Source: Octopus vulgaris (taxonomy: Eukaryota). From it: DNA of 64,000 nucleotides. Both the position numbers and the translations under genes were made by a program. Of the stretch, positions 13,031 through 27,041 are shown piece after piece; position 1 is the stretch's first letter; every line of letters begins with the position of its first letter. Location of the stretch: positions 26,660,001 through 26,724,000 of the forward strand of contig OX597834.1 in NCBI GenBank assembly GCA_951406725.2, written 5' to 3'. Below the pieces are notes generated by a model. The model was not told the DNA's origin, ran no database searches, and saw only the letters and a list, made by a program, of their open reading frames with translations.

Positions 13031-13033
13031 ACA

Positions 13034-13086
<53 letters not shown>

Positions 13087-13679
13087 ACACACACACACAC
13101 ACATTATATGTATGTATATATAATATCAGTCCATCACAATTATTAATTAAATCATACCACCCCCAAAACAAACAAACACAAAGAAAAAAATGAACAAAAC
13201 CTTTATCGACTTTTTGTCACCTTTAAGGATCAATAAGAAACACCTACTGACTTATGAACTTTAGGGATCAATATTAAAGCAATTTCATCACCACCAGTTC
13301 TCTCTCTCTATCAATATATATCACCTGATTGGTCTATAACTCTATCGTAATACACTGACCCAAGTAACAGTAAAACATATTTATATCATTAATCATTGAT
13401 TGCCTTGGCCTATTAGTTAATCATTATCTTCATCTTTTGTTTCTGTTCACTGCTGCATCACATATTGGTGTGTCCAGTAACAACATCTGAATTTTTCTTC
13501 TTTTAGAAAAAGTTGTAAATTTCTTAGTGGCTTTGTGGTGAGTAGCTTGCTTACAAATCACATGGTTCCGGGTTCAGTCCCACTGTGTGGAACCTCGGGC
13601 AAGTGTCTTCTACTATAGTCTTGGGCAGACCAAATCCTTGTGAGTGGATCTGGTAGATGGAAACTGAAAGAAGCCCGTC

Positions 13680-13711
<32 letters not shown>

Positions 13712-14197
13712 TTCTCTTTTGTGCCTTCTACTATAGCTCTGGGTCAACCAAAGTTTTGTGAGTGGATTTTGTAGATGGAGACTGAAAGAAGCCTGTATTA
13801 TAAAGTGTGCATATGTATATGTAGGTATCATCATCATCATCATCGTTTAACGTCCATTTTCCATGCTAGCATGAGTTGGACAGTTCAACTGGGGCCTGGG
13901 AAGCCAGAAGGCTGCGCCAGGCCCAGTCTGATCTGGCAGTGTTTCTACAGCTGGATGCCCTTCCTAACGCCAACCACTCCGTGAGTGTAGTGGGTGCTTT
14001 TTACGTGCCACCCGCACAGGTGCCAGACGAGGCTGGCAAATGGCCATGATCAGATATTGCTTTTTACGTGCCACTGGCACAGAGGCCAGTTGGGGTGGCG
14101 CTGGCAACAAGAAGGGCATCCGACTGTAGCAAAGAATCTGCCTCCACCAAATATTCTGTATGATTCATGACGAGCATGGAAGAGTGGACATTAAAAT

Positions 14198-14199
<2 letters not shown>

Positions 14200-14228
<29 letters not shown>

Positions 14229-14607
14229 ATGATGATGATGATGACGACGACGACGATGATGATAATGATGATAATGATGATGATGATGATGATGATGATG
14301 ACGACGATGATGATGATGATGATAATGATGATGATGATGATGATGACGACGATGACGACGATGATGATAATGATGATAATGATGATGATGATGGTGACGA
14401 TGATGATGATAATGATGATGATGATGATGATGATGGTGACGATGATGATGATAATGATGATGATGATGATGATGATGGTGACGACGACGACGATGATGAT
14501 AATGATGATGATGATGATGATGATAATGATGATGATGATGATGATGATGGTGGTGGTGATGATGATGGTGGTGATGATGATGATGATGATGATGATGATA
14601 ATGATGA
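14200..14607. repeat. (ATG)n-type tract (others 8823-9115, 21150-21340, 28346-28512)
   Basis: Direct reading. Confidence 0.95.
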
Positions 14608-15291
14608 TTGACTTATCAACTTTAGGGACCAGCAAGAAACATCTGCTGACGTATTCTGAGAATTGTTTTAGGGATGGGATCAATATTCTCGATGGAACAA
14701 CTTGTTTTCTTGATTGATCCAACATTGCTGACCTGGTTAAACCGAGAGGTATTGATTATAGGTCTTCTATCATTCACCACTTTAACCTAATAATTGGCTA
14801 CAGTAGGAGCAAGGGAACAATCTAGAATTGTCACGTCAGTTTTAGGGGTTAATAACAGTGTAAAACACGATTTTTGTTCAGGAGTAGCAACTGTTATTTC
14901 CTATTTGTTTACCCCTAGAAAGTATGAAAAAACAGCTAATATTTCTGTCAACCTTTGCTTTTCTTACATTTATTCAAACCCCAAAGAATCCCTCTCAGCA
15001 CATGGCTATGATGTTCCCGCCACTACTCCTGCTCCTTATTAGAGCTATGCATATTATTAGCCATTAAGGAACATGCTTGAGTGGTTAAGGTCAAGCAACT
15101 GACAAGCAAATCTGAGGTATATGAGTAGAATATTTGCTGAATGTGTCTGAAATATAATGGAAAATAGGTCAGTTTCAGAACATTGATGTCCAGGTCACAA
15201 AAGCAAAAGTTTGAAGGAATTAGTGGTCATTTCCTTTGATTTCTAGACAGAAGCAAATTACTGACCAAAGACAAAAAAGAAGTAAAAATTA

Positions 15292-16193
15292 ATTAGTGAT
15301 GGCCACATAGTTTGTATCATGTATTAGTATTGTTGGTTTTAGGTTTCCAAAGAGCTAATCAGTAGTTCACTGTATCAGTGAAGGGAACAATGACAAGGGA
15401 GTGGCTTGTAACTAGGGCAGAATAAATACTACAAGGTATTATTGACACATAGCCTTATTGGCAAGTTGTTCCTCATATGTATGTTTTTTGCTTATATATC
15501 TACACACACACACATATATGTATGTGTATATGCGTGTATGTGCATGCATGTGTGCATGTATATAAGGTGTGTGTGTGTGTGTGGGGTGTGTCTGTCTATC
15601 TGTCTATATATGATACACACACACACACACACATGCATACATGTACGAAGTGCTGCATTCAGTTTGCATGAAACAAACCCTCTCACAAACAACAAAACAA
15701 TTAAGCATCTGTCCATGTGCGTGTGTGTGCACGTGTGCATGCATGTGTGTGTGTGCATGCTCGTGGAGGAATCAATACCAAACACCTGGTTGTTTGTTTG
15801 GACAGAGATCGATAAAGACAACAGGTAGCGCACATTCTTTTAGTTACTGGAAAGTTTACGGTGAAATATTCCCTTGACCTCATTTGCCCAGCCTACACAC
15901 TTGTTATAGAAATGATTGACGCTACATTCGACAGTTGGCTGTTTCCCATCAGGTCACTCGTAATGCTTCAAGCCAATAAGGACACCTTGCACCAAGGACA
16001 CCCAGGTTGCTAGAAATAGCAGCTAGAAAAGCAATGTGTCAATAATACCTTGTAGTATTTATTCTGCCCTAGTTACACAGCCACTCCCTTGTCATTATAC
16101 CCTTCACCAATACAGTGAACTACTGATTGGCTCTTTGGAAACCTAAAACCAACAGTACTAATACATGATACAAGCTATGTGGCCATCACTAAT
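15292..16193. repeat. ~160-bp inverted repeat pair (15292-15450 and 16034-16193)
   Basis: attagtgatggccacatag...attattgacacat versus atgtgtcaataat...ctatgtggccatcactaat, with scattered mismatches. Confidence 0.9.
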
Positions 16194-16819
16194 ATTCAGA
16201 GATTCTAAACACTTTAACTTGTTATACATCTTCAACAAAGCACCTGCTCCTTGGGATGTGGTAACAGGGTACTCAGATCTTCAACAAAGCACCTGCTCCT
16301 TGGGATGTGTTAACTAAGTACTTAGTACCCACATCTTCAACAAAACACCTGCTCCTGCCTGCCTGCCCTCCATCCTATTTTCATATTCCTCAAAACTCTA
16401 CCCCAGTTGATTGAGGGATCTTGTCTTATAAGTTAACCTGGTGACCTCACTGGTGCTGGTGCCGCAAAAAGACATTCACTGCATTCTGTGAAATGGCTGG
16501 CATTAGGAAGAACATCCAGCTATAGAAAGCACGCCAAAGCAGATATTGCTCCCAGGCATGGTGCTCTGGCTCATCAGTACATATCAAACTGTCCAACCCA
16601 TTCTAGAATGTTAAAAGGGACATTAGACGATGACACTGCTGCTGCTGATGATGATGATGACGTCATTGTTACTACAGCATCGGCAAACCAGCAACTTTGG
16701 AACGTTTTGTTAGCATCACATTTGTGTGTGTATGTGTGTGTGTGTGGGCATGTGTGCATGTATGGATGTATGGATATGTGTGAGTATGCGTATGCGTATG
16801 GAAAGGTGTGCATATATAT

Positions 16820-17017
16820 TCTTTTATTTTTTACTTGTTTCAGTCATTTGACAGTGGCCATACTGGAGCATTGCCTTAAGTCAAACAAATTGACTCCAGG
16901 ACTTATTCCTTATAAGCCTAGTACTTATTCTATTGGTCTCTTTTGACAAACCGCTAAGTTATGGGGATGTAAACACCAGCATCAGTTGTCACGTGATGAT
17001 GGGGGATACACACACAG

Positions 17018-17049
<32 letters not shown>

Positions 17050-17064
17050 ACACACACAGACACA

Positions 17065-17141
<77 letters not shown>

Positions 17142-17293
17142 TCATATGACAGGCTTTTTTCAGTTTCTATCTACCAAATCCATCAGAAGCATTTGGTTGG
17201 CCCAAGGCTATAGTAGAAGACACTTGCCCAAGGTATCACATAGTGGGACTGAACCCAGAACCATGTGGTTAGGAAGCAAGCTTCTTACCACAG
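16820..17293 (-). mobile_element. SINE family A, diverged, expanded (CA)n
   Basis: Collinear with other family A copies. Confidence 0.75.
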
Positions 17294-17613
17294 AGTGACT
17301 CAAGGTCCAAGAGTTTTTTGCATTGGCACAGGTGCAAGCATGGTTCTGGGCAGCTGCATTTTTTAAGGGAAGGGAGAGTCTTGGAGATGACTCAAAGCCT
17401 GGATTTCCTGCAACTGCCCCCACAGAAGAAAACCTTGATTGTGTTCATCACATAGTGATGGATGACAGGCTATTGACTATAAATCAAATAACCAATGCTA
17501 TTAGTATACCCCGTGAGAGAGTTGAGATATTCTGTACAATAAAATTGGCATGATGAAGGTTTCTGCTTGGTGGTTGCCATTTCTTCTGACACCTGATCAA
17601 AAGTGTACTAGGT

Positions 17614-18008
17614 CAGTGGTTACCAACCTTTTCAATACCAAAGACCCTTTTTATTTAACCCTTTAGTGTTCACATTCTGCCAAAATTAATACTTTTTTAT
17701 CCACATTGTTTTGAACTAATCACACATTATCTTGTAGCTATGAGGTTTTAATGAGGTAGCTGTTAATTTTTAAAATGATATTGTAGGGTTGGTGTGAGAG
17801 ACCAGATCTGGCCAGTTTGAACATAAAACAGGCAGAATACATTTGGCCGGATATGGCCGGTTTAAATACTAAAGGGTTAAATGACTGTTCCCATGGATCC
17901 CAGGATATTGAAAGGTCTGTTAGTTCAACATGCTCATGGACCCCCCCCCCCCCCGTACTACCTTTGCAGACCACCAGAGGTCCATGGACCACAGGTTGGG
18001 AACCACTG
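17614..18008. mobile_element. hAT (Charlie-like) MITE
   Basis: TIRs CAGTGGTTACCAACC and GGTTGGGAACCACTG; degenerate 8-bp TSD tactaggt/cactaggc. Confidence 0.7.
17659..17876. mobile_element. piggyBac-like TTAA MITE (related inverted copy at 26822-27041)
   Basis: TTAA-CCCTTTAG...CTAAAGGG-TTAA. Confidence 0.75.
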
Positions 18009-18289
18009 CACTAGGCTGATCACATCATGGGAAAATCTGTCTATTGTTTGGTTGACTGTGAGATTACCCTTTGCAAGCAAGTGTGGGTTCACATTGAAGA
18101 GGTCATGTGACTGTAGAAAACTGAACCCTTGCATAATCTTGTCTGATCCATGCAAGCATAGAGAAGTAGAATGGAAAGGTACATGTTAAGATGACCATGA
18201 ATGTGATGATGTGTGAGCATGGGAATAAGTTAATGGATTGAAGGGAATGTTCGGTGTTGAGATCGAAAGAATAGAGGCAATATTAGCAT

Positions 18290-19152
18290 ACTCTTTTACT
18301 TGTTTCAGTCATTGGACTGTGGCCATGCTGGAGCACCGCCTTTAGTCGAGCAAATCGACCCCAGGACTTATTCTTTGTAAGCCTAGTACTTATTCTATCG
18401 GTCTCTTTTATTTGTTTCAGTCATTTGACTGTGGCCATGCTGGAGCACCGCCTTTAGTCAAGCAAATCGACCCCAGGACTTATTCTTTGTAAGCCTAGTA
18501 CTTATTCTATCGGTCTCTTTTGCCAAACTACTAAGTTACGGGGGACGTAAACACACCAGCATCGGTTGTCAAGTGATGTTGGGTGAGGACAAACACAGAC
18601 ACACAAACATATACACACATGCATACACACATATATACACATATATACGACGGGCTTCTTTCAGTTTCCATCTACCAAATCCACTCACAAGGCTTTGGTC
18701 GGCCCGAGGCTATAGCAGAAGACACTTGCCCAAGGTGCCATGGCCACTCCTACTCTTACTCTCTTTACTTGTTTCAGTCATTTGACTGTGGCCATGCTGG
18801 AGCACCGCCTTTAGTCTAGCAAATCGACCCCAGGACTTATTCTTTGTAAGCCTAGTACTTATTCTATCGGCCTCTTTGCCGAACCGCTAAGTTACGGAGG
18901 ACATAAACACACCAGTATCGGTTGTCAAGCAATGCTAGGGGGACAAACACAGACACACACACATACATATATATATATACATATATACGATGGGCTTCTT
19001 TCAGTTTCTGTCTACCAAATCCACTCACACGGCTTTGGTCGGCCCGAGGGTATAGTAGAAGACACTAGCCCAAGATGCCACGCAGTGGGACTGAACCCGG
19101 AACCATGTGGTTGGTAAGCAAGCTACTTACCACACAGCCACTCCTACGCCTA
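18290..19152 (-). mobile_element. SINE family A cluster (one full copy plus two truncated tandem copies)
   Basis: tgtttcagtcatt(t/g)gactgtggccatgctggagcaccgcc occurs three times head-to-tail. Confidence 0.8.
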
Positions 19153-19805
19153 AAAAGAAAAACACAAAAAAAAAAAAACCAACCATGTGACTGTTAGTGG
19201 TAACTGGTGTGTAGAATAGGATGATGGGTGGGCAGGTGGGTTTGGGTTAGGATTAGGGTGGGAAACAGGAGGTTATGCCCTGATGAACCCATAACTATTG
19301 ATTCCATAAATAAACTCCTAAAACTGGTTTCGCAGGTTATGCTTGATCTTGGATTTATAACCCTGTTGACGACATTTATATCAAGTTGGCTGCAAGTTCT
19401 AGCAGATCCCATGACCATGTTAGAGGCAAGGCACGCTCGTTAGTTCTACTGCATGTGTGCAAGTGCATAAAATGTCATGTGCAGGCTGCATACATGTGCA
19501 TATTAGCATATTAGCGGCTCATTATGCACAAAAGTTTTTGGGTAATTAAAAAATAAAATCTTTTCCAAACGCAGACGTAAATACATTAAGAATGTGTGGT
19601 TGTTGTGGAATGTGAGCAGAGTTTTATTGTTATTGTACAATAATAGGCTTTCATTAGAGTTTGGTGAGCTTTTGAAAGTGAGGGAGTGGTGGTGATTCTA
19701 TGCAGTTAGTTGATCTGCTAGAAATAGCAGCTAAATTTCCCTCACCTCACCTCCTTCTGTATATTTGTATGTGAAAGTACACACACACACACGTGTCTAT
19801 ATATG

Positions 19806-19885
<80 letters not shown>

Positions 19886-19978
19886 GAAGGGTGAAATTAA
19901 TTAATTTGGAATAATTGACTGCTATTTCTAAATTCGGTATGTGGTAAGGCAATTCGTTGCCAAACCCTTTATTGCTTA

Positions 19979-20028
<50 letters not shown>

Positions 20029-20619
20029 CTATATATGGTTATCAGTAATAATATAGGGTGAAATTAATTAATTTGGAATAATCATTAATTTCACCAAGTA
20101 GATTTCGGCATGTAAAAGCCTCATTCGAGGAAAGTTTAAGTAATACTAAGTAATTAAGGGTTTAGCAACGATTTGCCTCACCACATACCGAATTTAGAAA
20201 TAGCAGTCAAAGAGTTATAGCTATTCTTTCTACTAAAAGGGAGATCTCAGTAAAACTACAGCCTTTCAAGTGCTGTGGTTTTACTGAGATCTCCCTTATA
20301 TTTCCATATATATATACATACACACAGATCAACTAACTTCATAGAGTGGGCAAATCCCATTCCTATTGTTACGTACGATAGTTTCAAATTTCCTCATGGC
20401 CCCTTTATATTCTCTGACCCTTTCTCTATGGCTCTTTCCTGAGAACTGCATGCAGTGAATGAAGTGTTGTATGTGATACATACATTGTTGTTAAGTGTGC
20501 GAACCAGGGATTTAGAAATCAACGACCCAAACAACAACAACAACAACAACAACGCCACTACCACCAACAACAATGACAACAACAACAGCAACAACAAAAA
20601 CATGTTTTAATTAACGTAC

Positions 20620-20829
20620 CAATTGTTTGATGCCTCCATGCTTACGGACAGTGCGCCGAGCCCTTTGGAATTTGGCGACATTGGCAATGGTTTCAGCTGC
20701 CAAACACTTCAGGTCCTTGTTGTGTTCTTGAAGAATATTCACCATGGTTTGGAGACCTCCCAAGTCAGCAATGGAGCGCCGCACTTGAGGGTTATCGGAG
20801 ATCTCTTTCAGTATTTGCAGTGAACCAAT
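20620..20829 (-). CDS. ARMC4: ARMC4/ODAD2 exon ([15 protein letters not shown]...[14 protein letters not shown]...HGGIKQL)
   Basis: cttcag acceptor, TTG|gtacgt donor; 210 nt, phase 0/0. Conserved ARM repeat [15 protein letters not shown]. Confidence 0.97.
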
Positions 20830-21171
20830 CTGAAGAAATAAGAAGACGAAGAGCTTAGTAAATAGACAGGCATGGAGTCGGAGGCGGGGTGGTGGTGGTG
20901 GTGGAGATAGGGACACAGGTCGTGGCCGGGAAAATGATTCAGCCCTAAACTGTTGTCTCTATGAACCCCTTAAATGTCGGGGACTAGGGACCTTTTTCAG
21001 AAGAAGGTTTAGAATTGCTGGAACATCAGAATGTGTGAATGTATGTGTGTGTATTTGTGTGTGTGTGTGTGCATGCGTGTATTTGGGGAGCATCTGTGCT
21101 AAGGAAAAAATCAAGAATCTTTAATTTTGAAAAGTTGGAGGTATGCACCATCCTCCTCCTCCTCCTCCTCC

Positions 21172-21207
<36 letters not shown>

Positions 21208-21242
21208 CCACCATCATCATCATCACCATCATCATCATCACC

Positions 21243-21295
<53 letters not shown>

Positions 21296-21368
21296 TATCA
21301 TCATCATCATCATCATCATCCTCACCACCACCACCACCACCCCATATGTGTGTATACATGCACGCATA

Positions 21369-21408
<40 letters not shown>

Positions 21409-21842
21409 TATACATATACATATTCATATATACATGTCATGGGCTTCTTTCAGTTTCCATCTACCAAATCCACTCACAAAGCTTTGGCTGCTCTGGAATA
21501 TTGCTGTGCCATGGTGGGGTGAAGCAAACTTTTAGCGCACACCCACACTTGCACAACAACAAAAGCCAATGTAATGGTCTATCAAAGTTTAAGATTATTT
21601 GTTTCAGTGAAGCGTGGAGCAGACTCACACCCACAACCAGTTCCACTCAATTGTGTGGATATGGAGATAAGTCAACATCAACCTAAATACTACAACTCAT
21701 GAAAAGGCAACCCACACACTCTGACTGAAATACTTTCTCATTGTCCTCAACTGAACCACAACACATACACACTCAGTTCAGGTTAGTTTCTTTTGTGCGA
21801 TTCGGTGTGTGTGTGTATGTATGTATGTGTGTGTATGTGTGT

Positions 21843-21889
<47 letters not shown>

Positions 21890-22045
21890 GATGTGGCTGT
21901 GTGGTTAAGAAGTTTGTTTCCCAACCGCATGGCTCCAAGTTCAATTTCAGTCTGTGACACCTTGGGCAAGTGTCTTCCACCATAGCCTTGAGCAGACCAA
22001 AAGTTTTGTGAGTGGATTTGGTAAATGGAAAGTGAAATAGGCCTG

Positions 22046-22093
<48 letters not shown>

Positions 22094-22467
22094 GTAAATT
22101 GGCTAAATTTGGACATACGGCAGTTTAACATAATAGCAACAATATAAATTTGGACATACGACAGTTTAACATTATAGCAACAATATATATATATATATAT
22201 ATATATTAATAAATAAAATAAAACATATGCATATATATAAACATATATGTACGTACCTACCTCTATATGTACGTACCTACCTCTACATGTACATATACAC
22301 GCATATATGAGTACAGGACACCAAAAGGACGTTGAACACAATGAGAAACGAAAACATAGACACAAACCAAAGGAACTGGACATTAATTAAAAACAGCAAA
22401 AAAATATAGAGTACAGGACAATTAACACAAAGAAAAAAACCCTTCTTCAGTCGCTAAAGGTTTCATC

Positions 22468-22858
22468 TATATTGTTGCTATTATGTTAAACTGTTGTATG
22501 TCCAAATTTGGCCAAATGCAATTTTTTTAATATTTAATTTTGCTTGCAATAGCTTGTTCTCTTGGGCAAACTATCATATCTCCAGCTGCTTCAGATGCTA
22601 AGATATGAAAATTGTACAACGGTTTAGCATTTTTCAAAAGTGTAGTAAGTCCCACATATGAGACAGTTTTGCAAAAAATATTTCTGACTGAAAATATCAT
22701 ACATGCATGGAGTTATGATGTTATGCACCCAACAAAGAATGATTATTAAGCTGAAACTGTTGCTAATGTAAAAAGAAATGGAATAGTGAGACTATTTTTC
22801 TGTTTTCTGAAAAAGCAACATTTTGGACTTACGACACTTGCATAATAGCAACGATATA
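22468..22858. mobile_element. TA-flanked TIR element; orphan tandem copies of the terminus at 22097-22185
   Basis: attgttgctattatg...gtatgtccaaa versus tttggacttacgac...cataatagcaacgat. Confidence 0.55.
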
Positions 22859-22859
22859 T

Positions 22860-23167
22860 ACTCTTTTACTTGTTTCAGTCATTTGAGTGTGGCCATGCTG
22901 GAGCACCACCTTTAGTAGAACAAATTGATCCCAGGACTTATTCTTTGTAAGCCTAGTACTAATTCTATCGGTCTCTTTTACTAAGTTATAGGGATGTAAA
23001 TTCACCAACATTGGTTAACCCCAGACACACACACAAATATACACAGACATATATATACGATGAGCTTCTTTCAGTTTCTATCAGTCTCTTTTGCTGAACC
23101 GCCAAGTGATGGGGACGTAAACACACCAGCATCGGTTGTCAAGCAATGCTAGGGGGACAAACACAGA

Positions 23168-23225
<58 letters not shown>

Positions 23226-23390
23226 CATATATACGACGGGCTTCTTTCAGTCTCCGTCTACCAAATCCACTCACAAGGCTTTGGTCGGCCCGAGGCTGTA
23301 GTAGAAGACACTTGCCCAAGGTGCCACGCAGTGGGACTGAACCTGGAATTATGTGGTTGGGAAGTAAGCTTCTTATCACACAGCCACACC
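22860..23390 (-). mobile_element. SINE family A, composite of two partial copies
   Basis: Family A motifs with an internal duplication. Confidence 0.75.
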
Positions 23391-23633
23391 ACCCAATTTC
23401 TGGCCTCCTAATTCCCCTAATTGTAATCCCTATATCTATTATATAAAGGTCAATGTCCGTGAGTTTGTGTGTTCATGTGTTACATACAGACTTGAAAACT
23501 ACTGAACAAATCCTAATGAAATTTGGAACACAAAATCCAAGCTTAGGGAGAAGGGTAATGTCGCATGTTTCATAAAATTTTGAAGATAAAGTGGAAGATA
23601 TTCCCTCGTATATATAAGCATATAAGCATGTAT

Positions 23634-23664
<31 letters not shown>

Positions 23665-24420
23665 TGCACACACACATGCACACACACATGCACACACACA
23701 TGCATACACATGCATACGCACACACACACATGCAGAGAGACACACACACATGCACACACACACGCACACATGCAGACAGACACACACACATGCACACACA
23801 CACATGCATACACATGCATACGCACACACACATGCACACACACACATGCACACACGCAGACAGACACACACACATGCACAGACACACACACATGCACATA
23901 CACACACATGCACACAAGCATGCATACCTATGACAATACATGCAGAGAAGCAAGTTGCAAGCCAGCAGTTGGTGGAGGGATGAGGTAGTGGGGGAGAGAG
24001 GAGGGCCAGTGTGGAGGGGGCGGCAGGAGAATGTGTGGGTGTGTGGTAGAAATACCAAAGTCAATTTACAAAACACACACACACACACACACATACACAC
24101 ATGTATATATACACACACGTGCATTCACACGCATACACATATATACACACAAACATATATATACACACAAACATATATATACACACACATACATGTACTT
24201 ACCTACTCACATACAGACATACACACATATTCACACAAACATATATGCATTCACACACACACACACACACATACCCACGTACGTACACACACACGCGTAC
24301 ACATATACATACATACACACACACACACGCACACTTACATGACACATATTCACACAAACTTATATACACCCATACACACATATGTACACACACACTCACA
24401 TAACATACATATTCACACAA

Positions 24421-24458
<38 letters not shown>

Positions 24459-25118
24459 GTTTGCATACACACGCACACACACCAACAAAGAGTGCCCTAA
24501 AAAGATGAAAGGAAAAGAAGAAAAGAAAAGAAAAGGCAAAAGAATGCAAAAAAAAACTGAGACAAGGTAGAAAGCGATGGTGGGGTGGAGGGGTGGATGG
24601 TGGGGTGGAGGGGTAGATGGTGGGGCGGAGGGGTAGATGGAGGGATGGAGGGTGTAGAACTGTGGGTTTCAGTGTCACATACTTACGTCTGTACACACAC
24701 ACACACACACACACACACAATCAGCTGAGTTGCTATTTATTCTCTCTACAACTCTCTAACAGCCAGAAAGAAGGGAGAGGGGAAAGTGAGGGTGGCTTAT
24801 CAATACCAAGAAATTAACCCCAAAATTGTCACACACACACACACACACCTCGACAACCCCACCCCTGGATGCAGAATCAGAAAATATGGTACTCTCTTTC
24901 ATAGAATGCAACATGCAGTGATATGTCTGCACCATTTTGTACAGGAAGTTTGGCTTAAATTTCATGGTATTTCACGTCTCCTTTTTTCAGGGACAGCGTG
25001 ATGTATATTGGTGAATCGTCAAAGCCATTGCAGAGAATAAAGATTTAAGTTGTAGTTGAGAAAAAGTTAGCGGATATGGAAGATTAAAAAACCATCTGAA
25101 TATTGGAAAAGAGTTACC

Positions 25119-25712
25119 TATTTCTTTACTACTCACAAGGGGCTAAACACAGAGAGGACAAACAAGGACAGGCAAACGGATTAAGTTGATTATATCGACC
25201 CCAGTGCGTAAATGGCACTTATTTAATTGACCCCGAAAGGATGAAAGGCAAAGTCGACCTTGGCGGAATTTGAACTCAGAACGTAGCAGCAGACGAATTA
25301 CCTATTTCTTTACTACCCAGAAGGGGCTAAACACAGAGGACAAACAAGGATAGGCAAATGGATTAAGTTGATTATATCAACCCCAGTGCGTAAATGGTAC
25401 TTATTTAATCGACCCCGAAAGGATGAAAAGCAAAGTCGACCTCGGAGGAATTTGAACTCAGAACGTAGCGGCAGATGAAATACCTATTTCTTTATTACCC
25501 ACAAGGGGCTAAACACAGAGAGGATAAACAAGGACAGGCAAACGGATTAAGTCAATTATATCGACCCTAGTGTGTAACTGGTACTTATTTAATCGACCCC
25601 GAAAGGATGAAAGGCAAAGTCGACCTCGGCGGAATTTGAACTCAGAACATAGCGGCAGACGAAATACCAGTAAGCATTTCGCCTGGCGTGCTAACAATTC
25701 TGCCAGCTCGCC
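25119..25712 (-). mobile_element. SINE family B trimer
   Basis: Three bodies plus one head; 14-bp TSD ggaaaagagttacc (25105-18 and 25713-26). Confidence 0.9.
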
Positions 25713-25855
25713 GGAAAAGAGTTACCTTTATCATGATTATTCATTCTAGGTGTCAAAATACTCATATCATGACTCCTGTTAAATGGGTTTGTGAATGCAG
25801 TAAAGGCTTTAAGATGTGATACGGACATCATGAAAATCCAGTTTCCCAAATTTCA

Positions 25856-26053
25856 ATGGTCTTTGATTGTGTCTCCAGTAAGAGTGATATGATGCTGCCC
25901 TGCATCTTTGAACAGGGCCTTGGGCTCAGTTCAGACATCTATGTGAAGCTACTGGAGACTGCAGTCAAACTGTAGCTGGAGAGGGTTGCTACTGGAAAGC
26001 CATATGTGTGGTACCAGGATTTGACTCCTTGCCATACCTCCGGAGAGTGTCAA
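25856..26053 (+). pseudogene. Tc1/mariner-superfamily DDE catalytic fragment
   Basis: MVFDCVSSKSDMMLPCIFEQGLGLSSDIYVKLLETAVKL*LERVATGKPYVWYQDLTPCHTS; QD.APCH-like motif with an internal stop. Confidence 0.7.
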
Positions 26054-26821
26054 AACTGTTTAAGTTGCTTTGATGGTGTTTTTCCACCAAATAATTAAAC
26101 TACCAAGAAGATTTATGAGTAGCATGGCAATCTATGTGTCAGATTAACCTAGGAATGGAAAATGAAATTTAAGCCTGGTTATTGTGGAGGTCATTGCACT
26201 TTAATAATCATAGAACATATAAGTTTGCAAGCGATGTAAAGTAGAACTACTGAAGTGTTTTTAGGAGTAGATTACGGATAATGACTACAAAATATATTTG
26301 TTTTATATGAAAGCGAAATTTCTTGTTAGAAACAACCACATAAATGGTGTAAGGAAATTGAAGGAAGACATTGAAACTTCCCCTCTGTGAGTTTATTTTA
26401 TTCAACAGTAAAGAGAGCTATTTTTTCAGAGAGATAAGCAAACAAAAGCCCCTTTGTTCTGTCTTCTCGCACAGTCTGTGCATAAACTAATAGCGAATGC
26501 TGCATAAAGTTAAATTGGTATGGAGCTTTCTGAAAGATATGTATTGTTTTCACTAGCGGAAGTAAAACTCTTATTTAAAGGTCGATTGTTTGGGACAAAT
26601 CATATGTGATTGTTTAAAAAGGGACTAAAATGACAATGCTAAAGTGTATGCGAAACAATGGACAACAGTTGAAATATCATAATGGATGGGTAAATAAGCA
26701 TCCTTAAAGTGAAACAACGGCATCAAAGGTAAACAAAGGTATCAACAAATATAAGAGAGGGAAGGGAACATCACCTTTCAGGGAACTCAGAATAGGTACA
26801 GGTAAGCTTGCTAAAGTTTAA

Positions 26822-27041
26822 CCCTTTAGTGTTTAAACTGGCCATATCCGGCCAAAATATTCTACCTATTTTATGTTCAAACTAGTCAGATATGGTCATT
26901 CATAGCTACCTTATTGTAGCATTTTAAAAATAAACAATCACATCATTGAAATCTCAAAGCCATGAAATGATGCAAGATTAATTTTACATGGTGTGAATAC
27001 ATAAGCTTTACATTTGACAGAATAATCTGAATGCTAAAGGG
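26822..27041. mobile_element. piggyBac-like TTAA MITE
   Basis: TTAA-CCCTTTAG...CTAAAGGG-TTAA; reverse-complement similarity to 17659-17876. Confidence 0.75.

Larger units (their letters stand above)
17320..18045 (+). pseudogene. Decayed mariner transposase N-terminal (HTH) fragment interrupted by a hAT MITE
   Basis: FKGRESLGDD..PG.P.T..TEENLD.V...VMDDR, then W.P.LLTPDQK.TR|LITSWENL across the insertion. Confidence 0.75.

Noticed and set aside
14620-14735. Acceptor-like site followed by a short open frame in the ARMC4 intron
   Set aside because: The phase-0 frame stops after ~36 codons, there is no ARM similarity, and the neighbouring exons are contiguous without it.
16228-16355. Three ~30-bp direct repeats with unlike spacers (CRISPR-like look)
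   Set aside because: Spacers are short and related to each other, the context is eukaryotic and there are no cas genes; a degenerate tandem triplication.
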